This document shows positions 12,820-25,957 of a stretch of DNA of 64,000 bases, piece by piece. How positions within the stretch are numbered: position 1 is the first letter of the stretch; each line of letters begins with the position of its first letter. The notes beneath the pieces are model-generated. The model was not told the origin of the DNA. It did not search any database and worked only from the letters and a program-made list of their open reading frames with translations. Made by a program: the position numbers and the translations under genes. Origin of the DNA: Octopus sinensis. Its lineage: Eukaryota. The DNA lies in NCBI RefSeq assembly GCF_006345805.1, contig NC_043008.1, positions 5,642,001 to 5,706,000 of the forward strand, in the 5' to 3' direction.

Positions 12820-12998
12820 TAATACTTTAGGAATGAGAACCCAGGTTCGAAATTTCCCCAAGACACCTGATGAAGGCTGGAGGGTATATCAGATGAAATG
12901 TTGTGTTAACAACAAAAAAGATGAGGACAAATATCTGTCAAATGTAAATAATGTAAATAATGTACATAATTCCCCATCTTTTAAATATAAAACTGTAT
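12820..12998 (+). mobile_element. Penelope-like terminal repeat with degenerate hammerhead
   Basis: GACAC-CTGATGA-A-GGCTG...CAGAT-GAAATGTT-GTGTT at 12862-12907; related fragments at 16595-16700 and 63786-63840. Confidence 0.6.
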
Positions 12999-14152
12999 TA
13001 TTAATCAACTTGTGTGTTTTTCAGCCAACGAAATGTCATTTCATCTTAGAAGCATCCATTTTCATTCATCTCTCCAACCAGTCATGTTTCCATTTCGCCA
13101 AATGCTCTCATTTTATAAGAACGTTTGCAACGTGTGTTATTGTTTGTTTTCAAGTGTTTAAATCTTACATAAATACCTAATATTATTTATGTGTCGGACA
13201 AGAGTATAACAATACTCGATGAACAAAGACCTCTCTTCTTTCTGGCTCTGTCTTCAATTTTTTAATATTTACATAGACTTTACAACTCAACTCGATATTG
13301 ATTATCTTCGCTAACAAAAGAACCTTTTCATTTAATCAATGAAATTAAATAAATTATTCAATTTGTCATCAGAATTCAATTCCAGCTTTCAACGAATATG
13401 GTTTCACATTATTGAATTCCGTCATTTTAAAATCATTATAAATCTAGCTTTCTGTATTCGTGAGTTAAGAATGTTAACGCGACAATAAAGTTTGATATTA
13501 TAATTTGTTTAGAGATAAGAGAGGTATACAAACTACCTGTCACAGGTTCCTATACTACGTTCAGATATGCATCACGGGAATTGCATAGTTATATTATCAT
13601 ACTATCACTCAGTCAAAGATGCATTCATGTTCCCATTAATGCCTCCTGCAACTCTTCCACATGGCTCTTCCTTCCCCCACCCCTACCAACCTCCCACACT
13701 GTCCCTTAAAATAGCAAACAACCCTTAGCTTCACACAAAATTAAAAAATGCTAAAACAGGCCAGTTCATCTCAAATTCTTTGTAAACTCCTAAATATATC
13801 TCCTTCTGTGTATATATATACTACCAAATATGACTTTGTTTGAATTCCTATTACTTTTCTGTGTATGTATATAGATACTTCCAAACAAACATGATTTTTA
13901 ATGAAATCCTAATATATTTTATTGAACTTTTTGTTTAATATTTTCTCAAGATATTTCCTTGTAAACTGTTTTTAACATTTTCTTATTATTATCGAAGAAT
14001 GTATATATGTATTGTAATATTTTGTGACAACCAGGACTTAACACAACCAAGCTTATACAAAGCTTTACATGTTACTTTTGACAATCTTTTTCTAAAAAAC
14101 TGAAACCGGTCAAGTGAATAAACATCTTTTAAAATTGCATTTTCAAACCTTC

Positions 14153-14235
<83 letters not shown>

Positions 14236-14372
14236 TCCAAGGATCTTAGTTTAGAAGTTTGCCAGCTTCGAGCAGTCCGCGGTAGTTATAAAAACAACGT
14301 TCAGGAACAATAATAATTTATTGGCATCGAAGGTTGTAGACTTTCCCCACATCGAAGTTCGATAACCTGAAA

Positions 14373-14421
<49 letters not shown>

Positions 14422-14879
14422 TATATATATATATATATACACATACACGTAATATGTATGTACACGTGTGTGCGTGTGCACATGTGCATATCTTTGTGGA
14501 TCTGTGTGTGTGTGAAAGACAACGAAACGAATCCTTTATTCGTAGCCCATCCTTCAGTGATTAACTGGTAAAAATGTAGTCTAAGAAGTCACCACTGACT
14601 CAGGTGTTGTTATTGTTAAACGCCATATAGGAAAAATAAGCACGAGTTTGAAAATACAAAACCCTTGTAATTGTAACCGTATATTTCCTTAATAAGTGCA
14701 CAGAAGTTGGTGGACTTAGAGAATTGAACGATTTATCAAAATAGAACTAGTAGTATTGGTGACTAATTAATCAACCAAGAAACAACAGTTGTACTTGAGC
14801 GAAAGAAATATAATATAAATAACAACAGCACTGACTGATCATTCTTTCATAGATATCTCTGGTCACATATATCGTATTC

Positions 14880-15216
14880 TCTCTCTCTATCCGCTCAGTC
14901 GAAGTCGACTCTCGGTCACTCGTTGGATCAGTGTCCTCCAGTCAGTTCTATCATGGGCCGCTTCTTTCAGATTGGCTATGTCCATTCCGGTATCACTCCT
15001 GATGGTGTCAAGCCAGCGGGTTCTTGTTCGGCCTCTTGCTCTCTTGCCGCTGACCATTCCGAGCATGATGTTCTTCTCCAGGGATTTTCTCCGCATAATA
15101 TGACCGAAATATGCCAATCTATGCTTGGTGATCCTAGCTTCTAGCGACATTTTCGGCCCTATCTGCTAAAGAACTTCTCCATTGGTGAGCCTCGCTGTCC
15201 ATGGAATCCGTAAAAG
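14880..15216 (-). mobile_element. RTE (BovB-like) LINE 3' end
   Basis: SLEARITKHRLAYFGHIMRR..SLEKNIMLGMVSGKR.RGR.R.RWLDTI, stop followed by (GA)n tail. Confidence 0.92.
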
Positions 15217-16008
15217 GCATATTCACTCTATCGTTATTCATAAAATCATTATTCACTCTATCATTATTCATAAAAGGAGCAGCAAACGTAGTAGAAACCC
15301 CGAATAAAAGTGTTAAGATATCAAGAGTGAAATACGAGAAACATACTTTTATGTAGCGAACAAAAAATTTGTAATCTCTTGTCATTAGATCGCTAATGTG
15401 AAGAAAAGTTTATCACTGTTAATGGCCGCCATTCCTATCAAAGTCGACAACTGACACAATACTAAAGTGTAAAATATCATCCTTTCTAGTTTAGTGTTTA
15501 AATAATCACGTTCAAATTTCAGACCTCACGTTTTAAATTCAAGTTCTCCATTGTAGCTCCCTGGCGTCGCAGATAGGCAGACTGGATTTAATTCGTAATC
15601 CAATGAAATTGTGGCTTCACGTCAATGTTTGAAATCGATATTTATGATAAAATTACAGTCTCTTGTATATGGCTTCATAGATATTATCAATGAGGAATTC
15701 TGAGGCAAATGTAAGGCTAAAACAACTGAGTTCACTTCCAGAAATGTATTCTATAATCTGAACGATAATAAGTTCTCGCGATATCGGATTAACGTAGAAG
15801 CTAAGCTACCAACCGAGCTAAGTTTCTAAATTGTTATTATTAATATTGATTTCAAATTTTGGCACAAGGTCAGCAAGATTGGCCGTAGCTGCTACATATT
15901 TTATCGACCCCCAAAAGGAAGAAAATCTACCTCGGCGGGATTTAAACTCAGAACGTAAAGACGGACGAAATGCCGCCTTCACTTTATTATTAATATTACT
16001 AATGCTCT

Positions 16009-16376
16009 AAGGCGGCGAGCTGGCAGAAACGTTAGCACGCCGGGCGAAATGCTTTGGTAGTTCGTCCGCCGCTACGTTCTGAGTTCAAATTCCGCCGAAG
16101 TCAACTTTGGCTTTCATCCTTTCGGACTCGATAAATTAAGTACCAGTTACGCACTGGGGTCGATGTAATCGACTCAATCCGTTTGTCTGTCCTTGTTTGT
16201 CTTTTCTGTATTTACCCCTTGTGGGTAGTAAATAAATAGGTATTTCATCTGCCGCTACGTTCTGAGTTCAAATTCCGCTGAGGTCGACCTTGCCTTTCAT
16301 GCTTTCGGGGTCGATAAATTTAGTACCAGTTGCGTACTGGTGACGGTCTAATCGACTGGTCCCCTCCCCCAAAAAG
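16009..16376 (+). mobile_element. SINE family C with duplicated body, inserted as one unit
   Basis: GGCGGCGAGCTGGCAGAA head, body repeated from about 16240; 17-bp TSD AATATTACTAATGCTCT (15992-16008, 16377-16393). Confidence 0.9.
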
Positions 16377-17943
16377 AATATTACTAATGCTCTCAAATAA
16401 GGTGTGAACATGACCCAATATAACTGCTCCCTTCTAAGAACATGTGCTCTTGTACCTGTAAAATATTGGTTTCGAAGAGTTGTGTGGCGTGACCTTTAAA
16501 TCTGTAAGCGGTTTCGTTCTCAGCTGAAGCCCACTCTCCAAACACAAAAAAACAGGAAGTTATAAACAATCTCATGTTCATACCTCATATGTATACAGTT
16601 CGCTATTTAAGAAATGAGGAATTATTTACATTATTTACATCATTTACATTTGACGGATGAGGACTAATACCCGTCAAATGTAAATAATGTAAATAATGCT
16701 CATATATATATATCAGAGAAATTCTACTTTTCTATGAATTGGTTTCAATAAGGTGGAAATGATGGGATTCGAGACGTCGATCATCTGACTGGTAGCCGGC
16801 AATACTAATGCCTCGGAAAGCTACGAATCGTATTACGACTGGTTAGTTGAACTTAGTTCAACTAAATCTATTTGCTTTCCTTCAAATTAGCGTTGTGTCG
16901 AGTTAAAGTAAATCAGTATTTATCGGATCAGAACACGTTTATCAAGACATATAATTAATTGTTTGGCACAAAGGAATGTTAAGTTTGAGACAGAAATTCC
17001 AAAGATTATCGCGGCGTTCTTCATTTTCGAGGAGCGAACTAGAAGAACGTTTCAAACATGCTTAAGTGTTGCCAAGTTCACACCTTTTCAATCAGAAGCG
17101 TAAAGTCACGCAAGTGGAAGCCAGAAAGAGAACGAATGGTCAAGTAAATTCAACAAGATGTCAATGCTTTTGCCGATGCATTAATAGAGGAAATAATATT
17201 GACGAAATATGCATTTCTACGAGGGATTCTTATTAGGTAGGATTACACAAGCATACGCACACACGGACGTATTCAAACGGGTGTTTGTGTGTGTGTGTGT
17301 GTCGGAACTATAATGAGCATGGCCATAGCTTGTTAATGAATTACAAGTAGAGAATGATTTTATAATCCAGATGAGGGTTTGTAGGGTTCACTCCAAATAT
17401 TACGTAAATGTAATTACTCCAATAAATACAAAACCGAATCATGACAAATGGAATTTGAACAGACATAAGTCTCTTCACGTCACCAATATAAAGATAAGGT
17501 TTATTACGTAATTAGCAGACATATATATATATATATATATGCGATGATGTGCTGTTAGCTTGCTTCCGAATGGCCAACAAGAAGAGCCGAAGAAAGACGG
17601 AGCTGGTTACAAACTGGACATTAGTAAAGTTTACTGCTAAACAACGGGGTTTTCTTTCTTTGAATCTCATTTCAATTATACGATTCTCTTTGAAATTCTT
17701 AGACGCATTGACTATATTTTCTCCCTGATGTCCTTCTATAGCATATTTTGTTAACTCTCCACACAAATATTATCATTGTCCTTATTCAGTTTACGGAAGT
17801 CTTTGTATCTTAAGTGAGGTTGGCGAGGTGTCCTTTTTTTCCCCAGAACATAATCAGCCACAGAGTAGACACTTTGGAATTCTTCCATATCAACATTATG
17901 ACTTTCCATCTCATTTTGGTGCAGCACAAGATGAAGTGAAAGT

Positions 17944-17997
<54 letters not shown>

Positions 17998-19454
17998 AAG
18001 AACTCAAGAAAGAGAAGTTAGAAAATAGTGTTGGAGTGTGTTTATCACGTGACGGGTCAAATAATGAAAACTAGAAGGATTTATGAGAATTGAAGTACGA
18101 TGGATCAATTAAAACAATGGAGAATTTTGTGAAATTGTAGAAGACATCGCACAATCTTCTACTCCCGCATCCCGTCTAAATTTCCCTCTTCTAAATTTCT
18201 TTAAACCACTTTCTTCAGGAGGGTAAGGAGAACGCTGCAAAGCACCTCGCTAGTGATAAAGTGTCAGGTTATTCTGCGCTAGTTGTTGCGGTCGTTTGGA
18301 GTTCTTTCTTTGGGCATTGCTGTTCTCAACCCAGGTCTCAACGGCTGTTTCATGCAAAATCACGAGAAAAGTAAAAGGAATAAAACGCAGAATATTGTTA
18401 GTTATTTTCATAAAGTTTCTCACAACATTATATATTTGATAATGTTTCTGCGATCAGTAAATTAATTTTATTGAACAAGGTTTAAAAGACTTTATTTTAT
18501 TATTCTTCAATTCTTAGTTTATTTCTTTACACTTATTTTATTTTTGCTAGACAAAATCTATTCGTAATTTAGTACTGCATGATCGATTAAAATTTCAAAA
18601 AATATAATTAATAATTATAATGGGTTTTAACCTGAACCATATTTCAGTGTCTAAAAACTAGAGATTAAATGTTTCTTAGACAAATAAAGAACTTGAAAAA
18701 GAAATGTCGAATGGACAAAGTTAGAAGGAATATATTGGCATCTAATCCATCAATCAAAACTTTCTGAAGAATTATTTCGATGATAACAATTCGACCAAAC
18801 TTTTTTTCTGTCATTAAAGAAACCAAGTAATAATAAAATTTATGTATTTTGTCCTCAGTTAATTTTTTGAGGAAAAAAACTTTATTTAAATATCTTTTGA
18901 AAACTAGCTTCTAAAAAAAAAGAATGAGTGAAAAATTATAGTTTTTCATAAGAAGACTGCTTTGAACTTTATTATGGCGCATTAGTTTTTTTTTTCTGTA
19001 TGAAAAGTGATGGCGTCGTCACCTGTTTCACGTGCTATGGATCAATTTAATTTACCGGAAATTTTATAATCTTTTTTTTTTGTACTTTTTACAGTTCTTG
19101 ATTTTATTACTGCATTTTAAACTTATTTAATAAGTATTCTAGAATATTTCCCTCTCGTTACGGCATAAATTGTTTAATCGTAAATTGTTTTGCAATAGTT
19201 AAACTTCTTTATTCTCCGATTTCCAGTTGCTTCAAAGTCGTTGTATCGGGTTCAGTCCCATTGCATGTTACCTCATTTGTATTTCCGCTGATACTGCTTA
19301 CAGACGGGCGTTCCTTATTTGACTGTCCCGTAACTTAGTGATTCGGCAAACATACATATATTCATTCATTCATTCATACATACATGTACGCAATGTGAAG
19401 TGCGACACGTAAACAAAATTCGGGGCCAGTAGTAGGCGACACACTCCACTCCTA

Positions 19455-19876
19455 TCTCTCTATCCGCTCAGTCGAAGTCGACTCTCGGTCACTCGTTGGA
19501 TCAGTGTCCTCCAGTCAGTTCTCTTCTGGGCCGCTTCCTTCAGATTGGCCATGTCCATTCCGGTATCACTCTTGATGGTGGCAAGCCAGCAGGTTCTTGG
19601 TCGGCCTCTTCCTCTCTTGCCACTGACCATTCCGAGCATGATGTCCTTCTCCAGGGATTCTCTCCGCATAATATGACCGAAATATGCCAATCTATGCTTG
19701 GTGATCCTAGCTTCTAGCGACATTTTCGGCCTGATCTGCTTAAGAACTTCTCCATTGGTGAGCCTCGCTGTCTATGGAATCCGTAAAAGTATTCTCCAAC
19801 ACCAAAGCTCGAATGCATTTATTCTCTTCTGGTCAGCTTTCTTTAGTGTTCAGGCCTCGCATCCATATGTTGCTAT
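19455..19876 (-). mobile_element. RTE (BovB-like) LINE 3' end, longer copy
   Basis: ATYGCEA*TLKKADQKRINAFELWCWRILLRIP*TARLTN...YFGHIMRR...; highly similar to 14880-15216. Confidence 0.93.
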
Positions 19877-20504
19877 ATACAATTGAAACCTGGTCATTTT
19901 CTCAACAATTCGACAAATGTTAACCGTATTATGCTGAATTACTTTTCCCGTTAATCAGTTTATTGGAAGAGGAAAAGATTTACTAATGTTGGCTCATACT
20001 AATCATATTTACTACCTGTTTATGCTATAGGAGTAACAATTAAATAATTTCCTGATGCTTGCTGAAGCAAAGCGCTGTTAACCTGCGTGAAACTTCTGCT
20101 TCTATTGGTGGAGTTGCGACTTTGTTAATTATTCAATTCCAGTAGTGTTTCAATTAAATTTTAAAACATCATGCCAAGATACTTTTTAGGCATTTCCTTT
20201 ACAATTATGCATATTAAACCTAATTTCAACGAATGATTCCTTGGGCAATTAAATGTAATTTAAGTGCAATATCAAACGTTACAGCTAAATATTAATTTTG
20301 GATCTAGCATGTTGGAAACGTTTAATTATATTTAGAATGATTAAAGCAACATAAATTGCAGAATGCCACATTATTGCTTTATGGTATTTAGTTTCATCGC
20401 ATCAACTATGGTTTCCGTATAACTATTACCAATCATACACTGGATTCGATTAAGCTGTTTATGGCTCAACATTCGGAGTCAGTGGTAGTTTAAGTAAGCA
20501 AATA

Positions 20505-20923
20505 GGCGCAGGAGTGGCTGTGTGGTAAGTAGCTTGCTTACCAACCACATGGTTCCGGGTTCAGTCCCACTGCGTGGCACCTTGTGCAAGTGTATTCTAC
20601 TATAGCCTCGGGCCGACCAAAGCCTTGTGAGTGGATTTGGTAGACGGAAACTGAAAGAAGCCCGTCGTATATATGTATATATATATGCGTGTGTGTGTGT
20701 GTGTTTGAGTGTCTGTATTTGTCCCCTTAGCATTGCTTGACAACCGATGCTGGTGTGTTTATGTCCCCGTAACTTAGCGGTTCGGCAAAAGAGACCGATA
20801 AAATAAGTACTGGGCTTACAAAAGATTAAGTCCCGGGGTCGAGTTTCTCGATTAAAGGCGGTGCTCCAGCATGGCCGCAGTCAAATGACTGAAACAAGTA
20901 AAAGAGAAAAAAAAAAGAGAGAG
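20505..20923 (+). mobile_element. SINE family B, full length
   Basis: Colinear with 4495-4957. Confidence 0.92.
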
Positions 20924-21029
20924 ATTGTGACTCCGGAAATTAAGCCGGTTCTCAACGATCTAAACGTTGGTCTCCGATTCATCGAAGAGGAGCTGTTTGT
21001 ATTTCTACCACTTGAATATCTTTTATATC

Positions 21030-21200
21030 TTGATTCTTTCAATCACTAAACTGTGGCCATGCTGGGGCACCGCTTTGAGGAATTTTAGTCGGTCTAATAG
21101 ACCCCCGGTACCTATTTTTGTCTTAAAGTTTGTTACTTATTCTATTGCACTATTTTGCCGATTCGCTGAGTTACGGGACTTAAACATACCAACACCGGTT
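21030..21200 (-). mobile_element. SINE family B, diverged 3' half
   Basis: CTGTGGCCATGCTGGGGCACCGC...GTTACGGGAC...ACCAACACCGGTT is the reverse complement of the family B tail. Confidence 0.7.
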
Positions 21201-21606
21201 ATTTCTTTACTACCCACAAGGGGCTAAACATAGAGGGGACAAACAAGGACAGACAAACGGATTAAGTCGATAACATCGCTCCCAGTGCGTAACTGGTACT
21301 TATTTAATCGACCCCGAAAGGATGAAAGGCAAAGTCGACCTCAGCGGAATTTGAACTCAGAACCTTAAGACAGACGAAATACCCATTTCTTTACTACACA
21401 CAAGGGGCTAAACGCAGTGGGGACAAACAAGGACAGACAAATGAATTAAGTCGATTACATCGACCCTAGTACGTAACTGGTACTTAATTTATCGACTTCG
21501 AAAGGATGAAAGGCAAAGTCGACCTCGGCGGAACTTGAACTCAGAACATAACGGCAGACGAAATACCGCTAAGCATTTTGCCCGGCGTGCTAACGATTTT
21601 GCCAAC
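21200..21606 (-). mobile_element. SINE family C with two tandem bodies
   Basis: Unit ATTTCTTTACTAC...GAACTCAGAAC occurs twice, followed by the head at 21560-21606. Confidence 0.88.
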
Positions 21607-21833
21607 TATTTAGATAGTATTTTTTCATAAAAACCAGCGATAATGTGGGATGAGAAACGAAAGGGAAATACGGCAAGATGGTATAGACTAGTAAAAGGGT
21701 AGAGGATGAATGTTCAAGGACATTATATAATCTAAGGTGACAAACTGACAGATTCCTTACTGAACCGGACAAAATTTTATCTTTCCTCTGATTTACTAAC
21801 TTGCGGCGTTTAGGCAGTTATTTGACTAAGTTC

Positions 21834-22316
21834 GGTAATATCTATCCCCCACTTAAACGTGGATGTGCTTTTAGAACAAAGTATACTGCTGCAGTTGTCA
21901 CGAGAGGCACTTTCAAATTGGCTTTAGGTGCAAAATTCACTCTTGTTTATCTCGCTAGTATTAAGGCCACTATGCACACTTCTTTACGTAGTCAACACCA
22001 GAGGCCAATTTGAAAGTGTCTCTCGTGACAACTGCAGAAACGTTAGCACTCTGGACGAATGCTTAGCGGTATTTCATCTGCCGTTACGTTCTGAGTTCAA
22101 ATTCCGTCGAGGTCGACTTTGCCTTTCATCCTTTCGGGGTCGATAAATTAAGCACCAGTTACGCACTGGGGTCGATATAATCGACTTAATCTGTTTGTCG
22201 GTCCTTGTTTGTCCCCTCTATATTTATCCCCTTGTGGGTAGTAAAGAAATAGGTATCTACCACAGTATAGTTTGTTCCAAAAGAACATCCATGTGTTGGT
22301 GGAGATAAATATTACC
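21834..22316. repeat. Foldback (MITE-like) inverted repeat interrupted by a SINE
   Basis: 21889-21930 pairs with 21996-22037 and 21834-21888 pairs with 22263-22316. Confidence 0.85.
22038..22258 (+). mobile_element. SINE family C, slightly 5'-truncated
   Basis: Colinear with 16026-16240. Confidence 0.9.
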
Positions 22317-23162
22317 TCCCGTTATTAAAATGGCCTCTGTCGCTAATGTATATCGACCAAGTTTATTTTTCGTTAAAGTTGACATATGACGTACTGTTCG
22401 TCACTTTGATGAGTGATCCAAAGAACACAGAGTAATATTCACAATGAAATAAGTTGATATTCGTATAGACTGGATTGTATTCAGCTCGCCATCGTGGCTG
22501 TTCATGTAAATGGTTTTTGATGATGGTATGTCTAACAAAACCTACATGTTCGGCTGATCGTTGAAAGGAAACAAATATATGAATGTAAACGCGGAGAAAG
22601 AAGCAAAGTTGTGAAGATGTAAAAATGCAAACAAAAAGACAAAAAAACATAAAATTGTTTAGTATATGAATAAACATTGAAAGAAAATACAGAACACATT
22701 CATATAAACATACATACACACTGGCGCACGCGTATATTATATATACACACACATGTACGCATACATAAGTGCGTTGACATATTTACATATAGATGTTTAT
22801 GAAAAACATACACGCCATATACAAATAAATGTCATAGTGGGACTTGAATATATTTTGTTTGCTCACAATGACTGTTATCTCAACATCTGCTTACAATATT
22901 ATTAAAATGTTGTTGAATCTGAATCTATTTTTAGCCAAAAAATCTATGTATCTAGTCGCACTGTGTAGCATGCAGAAGTTACTTTAACCATTCAAAGGCA
23001 AGGAAAATATTTATTTCATGTCTACATACATTCTTATATATATATATATATACACCAAAATACACTCGAATATACAAGTGGATATATGTTTTGGGGCTAT
23101 GTGGGAGGTCATCAGCTCTCTGTCTCTGTCAGTCTGCTTGTCTGCTTGTCTGTCTGCCTGCC

Positions 23163-23259
<97 letters not shown>

Positions 23260-23289
23260 GTAAGTGTAAGTAGTCTAACAGTTTATAAG

Positions 23290-23489
23290 TGTACCGCATG
23301 TGTACCGTTGGCAATTTTTTTCATCCGTCTTCCCTTCCTTGGATCTTCTTTTTCCTATGTTTCTGACGAAGAGCTCTGCTCGAAACGTTAAATCCCCATT
23401 CTTTCTTTCCTTTCCTGAGCGTCCAATAACACTATACTTGTTCCACGTCCTCGCGTTGTGTTTTCTCTTTGTTTTTTCATGTTTGGATC

Positions 23490-23495
<6 letters not shown>
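23290..23495 (+). mobile_element. Short Penelope-like terminal-repeat element with hammerhead motif
   Basis: GTTT-CTGACGA-A-GAGC-TCT-GCTC-GAAACGTT-AAAT at 23359-23393; second copy inverted at 50945-51150; abuts (TA)n. Confidence 0.7.
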
Positions 23496-23536
<41 letters not shown>

Positions 23537-23881
23537 CGCATATATGGGTACAGGACGTCACCAACAGTAAACAACATGAAATACGAAAACAAATGAGTTC
23601 AATACGCAAACAACGATATAAAAAAATGGAAAACAGGACAAGTAACATAAAGAACGACCCTTCATCAGTTGTCGCTTGTCTATCTACTCCTCATTTCGAG
23701 CATTGAACGACAATATGAGTCTTCAAAGGCAATTGCTCCCACAAAAGCCGAAATAAAATTTGTGATTTTATGGAGGGTCAAAGTTGGGAACAATAACAGG
23801 ACATTTGAGACATACAAGGAAACCGAGCGAAAACAAACATGGTGGGTCGTTAGGCCAGAACGAGGGTAAAATAGCAAACGC

Positions 23882-23933
<52 letters not shown>

Positions 23934-24141
23934 ATGAATGTATATATGTATATATGTATATGCATTTAAAAGCAATGAATGAAGTGGACATAGTATTGAA
24001 TAGAATGGTTTATAGTTGTAACTCTCTTTGTGCCGAAGGCAAGTTCCACTAGGGCCCACGAACGACCTGAGAAGGACATTTACCCAGCCCTTCTTAGAGA
24101 CCGAACAAAAAAATGAGCGTTTGTATGGATAAGTGTATGTA

Positions 24142-24175
<34 letters not shown>

Positions 24176-24575
24176 CATAGACATGTGCATGTGTGTGTGT
24201 GTGTGTATGCATAGACATGTGCATGTGTGTGTGTGCGTGCGATTGTCATCATGTGCCTTATTCCAGAGATCGGAACCCGGAGGAATAAAAAGCAAAGTCG
24301 ATTCTGGCGGAATCTGAATTCAAATAACCAAGAACCACACTCGGTTATAAAATATCTTTACGCAAAGGTGCACGACACTTCGAATATATTATCTAGAATC
24401 AGAGAGACACGATTGCAATTTTAATAAATATTGCTAAATTATAACGAGGAAATATTCGTGCAAAGTTTACAAAAGGACTGCCTGAATTTGAAGATAATAT
24501 AGAATTACATCATATTCAGAGCTTTAATATGAATTAATATATAACATAGTAGACTAAATAATGAAAACATAAATT

Positions 24576-24648
<73 letters not shown>

Positions 24649-24707
24649 CTCTGTGTGTGTGTGTATTGATGTATATATATATATATATATATACATATGT
24701 ATGTATG

Positions 24708-24750
<43 letters not shown>

Positions 24751-24756
24751 GTATGT

Positions 24757-24822
<66 letters not shown>

Positions 24823-24899
24823 GTGTATATATAATATATATATATATAATATATATATTATATATGCATATATATATGCATATATATATGTATGTGTTT

Positions 24900-24939
<40 letters not shown>

Positions 24940-25729
24940 TAATATATATATATATATATATTATATAATATATATATACATATATATATGCATATATCAC
25001 TGGGCATTTTATCTGATACCTGTGTGTATAAATGTGATGCTGACGTCATTCAATTTTCATCAGACACGAAGAGAGAAAGTTGCAACAAAAATTAGTTTCT
25101 ATATCAGGTTTTGTCAATAAATAGAACGAAAGGATATCATTAACCAGCAAAGCATCGCGATAACAGATACTGTTTATTTTGGGTTAATTTCACCACAGTC
25201 TGAGTTCACATTAAACATCAGTGAAGAGCTATTACACATGAGAATAATTTTGAACATAATTTCTGCTGAGTTTGCTTTTTCATTTGATTGAAACTAAAAT
25301 TGGCAAACTGATTTCAAAACTACAGTCGGTTTTCTTCTAACACGTCAAATTTTTTTCTACAGCTTACTCTCAAAAATAAACACAATTGTATGGTTTGTCC
25401 GTAAGAAATAAAGCTGGTCTGCTGCTTTTATTATTTCGTTGATAACACTGGGGGACATGTTCGAAAGAAATTTTTGGTGTCATGCTTTTTACAATTAGTC
25501 CTACCCAGTCTGATGGAGGTGCTGGATTCAGAAATGCCCTCAGAAGTTTTCTACCACGTCAAGTTTTGCTTTTTTAAGCAGGAATAATTTTTATTTTATC
25601 AATACTCTTTTACTCTTTCTCTTGTTTCAGTCATTTGACTGTGGCCATGCTGGAGCACCGCCTTTAGTCGAGCAAATCGACCACAGGACTTATTCAAATG
25701 ACTAAAACAAGGGAAAGAGTAAGAGTATT

Positions 25730-25860
25730 TATTAGTAAAAAAAGAGAGTGTGATTCCTGCCGAATTACACTCTCTTCCACATGCCTGACAGATATGATTA
25801 GTATGGTGTGTAACACCACCACCAGTGGCCAGGTTGTCTCTCATCTGTCTCATTTTATGA
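25730..25860 (-). pseudogene. Non-LTR (RTE-like) C-terminal zinc-finger relic
   Basis: Minus-strand HICQACGRECNSAG; next to a family B tail fragment at 25603-25695. Confidence 0.45.
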
Positions 25861-25957
25861 CTACACATATACATAGTGCATATTAATTAATGAATCCAGA
25901 AAATGTGAAACTTGTTGATTACATATGTGGATTATATGCAATAAAAGTGATATTGAA

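Noticed and set aside
16976-17235. Protein-looking plus-strand frames ending at a donor-like AG|GTAGG
   Set aside because: Stops in all three frames and no recognisable family
22363-22752. 129-aa minus-strand ORF
   Set aside because: First half is low-complexity; remainder has only a weak acceptor and no recognisable homology
23595-23705. Minus-strand GCTC-GAAA...CTGATGA-A-GGGT resembling a type II hammerhead
   Set aside because: Stems I and III cannot be formed from the intervening sequence
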